Assembly (NCBI GenBank): GCA_964633675.1
Contig: CAZWHR010000001.1
Location: forward strand, 1-47,421
DNA length: 47,421 bases
Direction: 5' to 3'
Source of the DNA: an uncultured archaeon
GTDB taxonomy: Archaea; Nanohalarchaeota; Nanosalinia; Nanosalinales; Nanoanaerosalinaceae
Below the pieces are notes generated by a model that saw only the letters and a list, made by a program, of their open reading frames with translations, had not been told where the DNA came from and did not search any database. Position numbers and translations under genes: made by a program. Shown here in pieces: positions 43,962-47,421 of this stretch (position 1 is the first letter of the stretch; the number at the start of each line of letters is the position of its first letter).

Positions 43962-44528
43962 ATGAAAGATAACCACGCAGTTGTACTTGACTTTCTGGAG
44001 CATGGAAAACCTGGAGGAAGCGACCAGCCTCTGGCGCAGATACTAGGTAAGAACCACTTTAATCTTCTGGAGGTTGTTGCAAGACCTAATGTACGTCTTA
44101 AGACTGGTGATGAAGTATATATAGGAGACGGCGAGAGAGAGGATGTCAAGTTTATAAAGGGTAAAATAACTTCGGACGAGCTTACTGGAAACGCTGAATC
44201 GGAGCTGGAGTACGTTCTGGATGACCTGATTGAGGAGAAGGAGGACAAGTTCGTGGAGTTCTTCAACAATGCCGAGCCCATAACAACAAGGCAGCACGCC
44301 CTGGAACTGCTTCCCTCGGTGGGGAAGAAGCATATGTGGGAGATAGTTGAGGAGAGGGAAGGGGGAGACTTCGAAAGCTTCGAGAATATTCGAGACAGGG
44401 TTGACCTACTTCCGGATCCGAGAAAGCTCATAAAGAAGAGGCTGGAGAAGGAGCTTGGAGGAGGATGCAAGAGATACCTGTTTGTACCCCCACCAAGATC
44501 CGAAGACAAGAATAAATACATCGGCTAG
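43962..44528 (+). CDS. DUF655 family (COG1491) predicted RNA-binding protein
   Basis: AVVLDFLEHGKP...PLAQILGKNHFNLLEVV...GDEVYIG... and a C-terminal helix-hairpin-helix-like LELLPSVGKKHMWEIVEER. Conserved neighbourhood with rpoF and ksgA. Confidence 0.75.
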   Translation: MKDNHAVVLDFLEHGKPGGSDQPLAQILGKNHFNLLEVVARPNVRLKTGDEVYIGDGEREDVKFIKGKITSDELTGNAESELEYVLDDLIEEKEDKFVEFFNNAEPITTRQHALELLPSVGKKHMWEIVEEREGGDFESFENIRDRVDLLPDPRKLIKKRLEKELGGGCKRYLFVPPPRSEDKNKYIG

Positions 44529-44554
44529 ACCTAGTACAGGAGAAAGCTGGTAGG

Positions 44555-45367
44555 ATGATAGATCAGATTCTACAGAGATACGGTTTCGAGCCTGACAAGC
44601 TTAAAGGCCAGCATTTCCTCGACAGCGAGGATATTCTTGACACTGAAGTTGAAGAGGCCGATCTGGAAGGTTCTGAAACTGTTCTAGAGGTAGGGGGAGG
44701 TATAGGAAACCTTACGCGCAAAATAGCCGGAGAGGCAGGCGATGTACATACGGTAGAGAAGGATCCAAGACTTGTTGAGGTTCTGGAAGAAGAGCTCTCT
44801 GATTTTGATAATGTCCATATCCACAACAAGGATATACTGGACATGGAACTCCCTGATTTCGATAAGTGCATATCAAACCCTCCATACCAGATCTCCGGGA
44901 AGATAGTGGAGCTACTTGGGACAAGGGAGAAGATAAGCATCTTGACATTCCAGGACAAGTTCGCGGAGAGGCTGGTTGCCGCGCCCGGATCCAGCGAATA
45001 TTCAAGGATTTCTGTGATAGCCCAGTTCAGTTTTCTCCCTGTATTTCTCCAGGAAGTGCCTGCTGAGAGCTTTGTGCCTCCACCAGAGGTGGATTCTGCG
45101 GTTGTGAAGATGTATCCCAGGAACAAGAACTTCGAGGCCACGAGCAGAGAAGGCTTCAAGAGGACTGTCAGAGGACTGTTCACGAACAGGAGGAAGAAGG
45201 CAAGGAACGCTTTTGTGGACTCTCGCCACATACTGGAAATTTCAAAGGAAAGAGCAAAAAAGCTCCGAGACAAAATACCATTCAGCGAGGAAAGAGTTAT
45301 AGACCTAGAGGTTAAAGAGCTTGTAGAGATATCCAACTACCTGGAGGAAGAGATATATGGTAGATAG
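44555..45367 (+). CDS. rsmA: 16S rRNA (adenine1518/1519-N6)-dimethyltransferase KsgA/Dim1
   Basis: KGQHFL, VLEVGGGIGNLT, ISNPPYQIS. Confidence 0.9.
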   Translation: MIDQILQRYGFEPDKLKGQHFLDSEDILDTEVEEADLEGSETVLEVGGGIGNLTRKIAGEAGDVHTVEKDPRLVEVLEEELSDFDNVHIHNKDILDMELPDFDKCISNPPYQISGKIVELLGTREKISILTFQDKFAERLVAAPGSSEYSRISVIAQFSFLPVFLQEVPAESFVPPPEVDSAVVKMYPRNKNFEATSREGFKRTVRGLFTNRRKKARNAFVDSRHILEISKERAKKLRDKIPFSEERVIDLEVKELVEISNYLEEEIYGR

Positions 45368-45500
45368 ATGCAAACTATGCGGGGATAAGATAGAAGAGGA
45401 GGAGCATAAGGAGAAGAAAGTATGCCACTCCTGCCTGCACAAGGGGTTCCTGAAACTCACAGAAGTTATAGGTAGGATGAAAGACTCTGAAGATGGTTGA
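45357..45500 (+). CDS. 47-aa zinc-ribbon mini-protein (C-x2-C-x14-C-x2-C)
   Basis: Not in the ORF track. GGAGG at 45343-45347, 9 nt upstream of the ATG at 45357. My translation is MVDRCKLCGDKIEEEEHKEKKVCHSCLHKGFLKLTEVIGRMKDSEDG. It overlaps the ksgA end by 11 nt and the next gene's start by 8 nt. Confidence 0.45.
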   Translation: MVDRCKLCGDKIEEEEHKEKKVCHSCLHKGFLKLTEVIGRMKDSEDG

Positions 45501-46092
45501 TAAAGTATTCTGGAAAGATCTGGAGTTCCATGTGCCTGAAGGGGTCTATGTTCCCCGTGAAGACTCATATCTATCGGCGGAGGTCCTTGTAGATCAGAGC
45601 CTCGAATCAAAAAAGGTCCTAGATGTGGGCACGGGTTCAGGTTTTCTTGCAGTGATAGCCTCCTCTCTAGGAGCTGAAGTTGAAGCCTTGGATATAAACC
45701 CGAAGGCTGTGGAAGTAGCCAGGGAGAACGCCAGGAGGAACAGCTGTTCTCTGGAGGCTTTCAGAAGCGATTTATTCGAGGAGGTAACCGGCTCCTATGA
45801 TATAATTACCTTTAACGCGCCCTACCTACCTGAGGAGAAGGAAGAAGGCGGTGATTATGAGAATATGGCCTGGGAGGGGGGTGAAGAAGGCAGAGAGACC
45901 ATAGACAGATTTATAGAATCGGCAGGTGATTTTCTCAATGAGGGAGGATACATACTCCTCACACAGATAGAGTCTAACGGTGTCGACAGGACCCTGTCGG
46001 ATTTCGAGGACAGAGACCTGACTGCCGAAGTTGTCGGTAGGAAGAAGATACCCTGGCAGGAGCTGGTTGTTGTAAAGGCTTCGAAAATTTAA
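45493..46092 (+). CDS. HemK/PrmC-related (Mtq2-like) class I SAM-dependent methyltransferase
   Basis: VLDVGTGSGFLAV (motif I) and ITFNAPYLP (NPPY-type motif IV); 199 aa. Confidence 0.8.
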   Translation: MVDKVFWKDLEFHVPEGVYVPREDSYLSAEVLVDQSLESKKVLDVGTGSGFLAVIASSLGAEVEALDINPKAVEVARENARRNSCSLEAFRSDLFEEVTGSYDIITFNAPYLPEEKEEGGDYENMAWEGGEEGRETIDRFIESAGDFLNEGGYILLTQIESNGVDRTLSDFEDRDLTAEVVGRKKIPWQELVVVKASKI

Positions 46093-46109
46093 TATAAAGG
46101 GCGCGCCAA

Positions 46110-47421
46110 ATGAACGGTATGAGGATAAACTATAAGATCCTACTGCTAACGGTATTACTGCTGGCATTTTTCACTATCCCTGTTGCGGCCAATCACGGTG
46201 ATGGATGGCAGCTTAATGAGTCTTGGATGGCTCCAATAAATATTACGTCAGGTTCTACCGGAGTTGTAGTTATTCAGTTGCATAATGAATTTCATGAACC
46301 TGTCAATCCGGAAGACTGTGATTCTATGGAGACGCAGTACGTATATCCTCCAGGAAACAGTGAGGGACAAGGGGATTTGGAGTATATAAATAGCTCTCCT
46401 GGCTTCTATGCCGGCCAGTTCCAAGCAGTGGAAGGTGAAAATGAGATCAATATTGATGTATTTAATGTAGGGGGCTGTGACTTCCCAGGCGGAAAAATAG
46501 ACACTTCGCTTACAGGTTTGAACACCAGCGGAAATCTTACAGCTAATATTGTAAATACCACTGACAATCCTTTCCTTGAAGATCAAGAGTATAACCTGTG
46601 GCTTGAGGTCTTACAGCAGGGAGATTTTGAAGACGGCGTTGATGCTAACTGGACTATATACAACTGGAAAGGCGGTCGCGAGGACTATGACGAGCTAAGT
46701 AAGGGCGCAGGCGAGTTTTACGAGGATGAAAATGGGATTTTAATGCCTGAGGTCGATCTTCCTGAGGTAGAGGCCGGGAAGTACTTCTTAGTATTCCGAG
46801 CAGAAAAAGACGAGTCGGGACTGGACTATTACTATCCTTTTGGAGGAACCGCTAAAATCATAGAGGTTGCCAAGGACTTGAAGTTTGAGTTTGAGACGAT
46901 AGACCTGTTCAGGGCAATGGGTCGCGATGGATGGTGTGCGGAAAGTAACAAGAAAACCCTAGGTAGATGCCAAAAAGGCGCAAAGATACAGGTACGTCTC
47001 AGAGAGAACAGGAGTAGCGCCAGTGAAGTGGAAGGAGGGGTGAGCGGGAATGGGAAAAACCTCACACAGAAAGGACTGAATTTTACAGAGATATCTGAGG
47101 GTTTGTGGATAGCAAACTTTACAATCCCTACGGATCTTGATACCTCTAAATTTGGCAAAGAACTTGATATAAATGTGATAGGCAGAAATGATCTTTCTAA
47201 ATTTGAAAAAACTGACTCTGTGGACTTAAGCGTGTTTGAGGTAGATTCCTTGACTAGAGAATATGCTTTCCAGGGTGGAGAGATAGAGATATTGTTTGGG
47301 GCGGGGTATGAGTTCATCGATAAATTCCTGTCGAAAGATAAGATGGATACTGTATCGCTGGAGATACATCATCCTAACGGTACGACATGGGATATATGGA
47401 AGAATAAAGACGTGAGTAATC
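46110..47421 (+). CDS. secreted protein, unknown function (3' end beyond the window)
   Basis: I translated all 437 codons from the ATG at 46110 to the window end with no stop. Signal peptide MNGMRINYKILLLTVLLLAFFTIPVAANH. Many N-x-S/T sequons. Absent from the track because no stop lies in the window. Confidence 0.75.
   Translation, partial: MNGMRINYKILLLTVLLLAFFTIPVAANHGDGWQLNESWMAPINITSGSTGVVVIQLHNEFHEPVNPEDCDSMETQYVYPPGNSEGQGDLEYINSSPGFYAGQFQAVEGENEINIDVFNVGGCDFPGGKIDTSLTGLNTSGNLTANIVNTTDNPFLEDQEYNLWLEVLQQGDFEDGVDANWTIYNWKGGREDYDELSKGAGEFYEDENGILMPEVDLPEVEAGKYFLVFRAEKDESGLDYYYPFGGTAKIIEVAKDLKFEFETIDLFRAMGRDGWCAESNKKTLGRCQKGAKIQVRLRENRSSASEVEGGVSGNGKNLTQKGLNFTEISEGLWIANFTIPTDLDTSKFGKELDINVIGRNDLSKFEKTDSVDLSVFEVDSLTREYAFQGGEIEILFGAGYEFIDKFLSKDKMDTVSLEIHHPNGTTWDIWKNKDVSN

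Noticed and set aside
43584-45336. Long minus-strand ORFs antisense to rpoF, DUF655 and ksgA (43584-44003, 43946-44521, 44563-45336)
   Set aside because: These are S/L/F-rich mirror frames of GA-rich acidic coding sequence. The plus-strand genes carry unambiguous family motifs (GQHFL, NPPYQIS and others).
46248-47317. Minus-strand ORFs 46248-46586 and 46832-47317
   Set aside because: They lie antisense to a plus-strand frame that I translated without a stop for 437 codons and that begins with a clear signal peptide.
1-47421. CRISPR arrays, rRNA genes, IS elements, toxin-antitoxin or known defence-system gene pairs
   Set aside because: I scanned both strands for regularly spaced direct repeats, transposase or integrase-like ORFs and typical defence ATPase/nuclease pairs. 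I found none. The only tandem repeats are intragenic protein repeats.

Overview
47.4 kb of a compact archaeal chromosome. There is no rRNA, CRISPR array, transposase or integrase. Archaeal identity rests on RFC small and large subunits, ribosomal proteins L21e and L40e, RNA polymerase subunit Rpo4/F, Pus10, DUF655, a Fap7-like kinase, class III (prepilin-type) signal peptides and a tRNA with a long intron at position 37/38. The proteins are strongly acidic (D/E-rich), genes are tightly packed with many overlapping or abutting start/stop codons, GGAGGTG-type ribosome binding sites recur, and several very large surface proteins are present. I infer a salt-in halophilic, small-genome archaeon of the DPANN/Nanohaloarchaeota type, but this is inference only. 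I support about 45 CDS and one tRNA. Three CDS are missing from the ORF track: a PRC-barrel gene start at the left edge, a 53-aa L40e gene and a 47-aa zinc-ribbon ORF. A secreted-protein gene runs off the right edge. Two accessory regions stand out. (1) 6674-16762 is a three-gene, translationally coupled surface-protein cassette. It encodes a 1709-aa protein with two tandem beta-propellers and an internal TM hairpin, a 389-aa secreted protein, and a 1259-aa glycine-run protein. The last two share a C-terminal module followed by a TM anchor. (2) 29011-40250 is a ten-gene minus-strand Epd/Tad-like type IV filament operon. It has a secretion ATPase, a split TadB/TadC-like platform, three small pilins and three oversized pilin-like proteins (282, 717 and 778 aa). 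The largest carries DUF2341-like and LamG-like domains. A seventh pilin-like DUF2341 gene sits between the RFC small and large subunit genes. The only tRNA locus is also odd: an intron-containing tRNA-Thr(GGU) is flanked in nested order by orphan copies of its own first 26 nt and last 18 nt.
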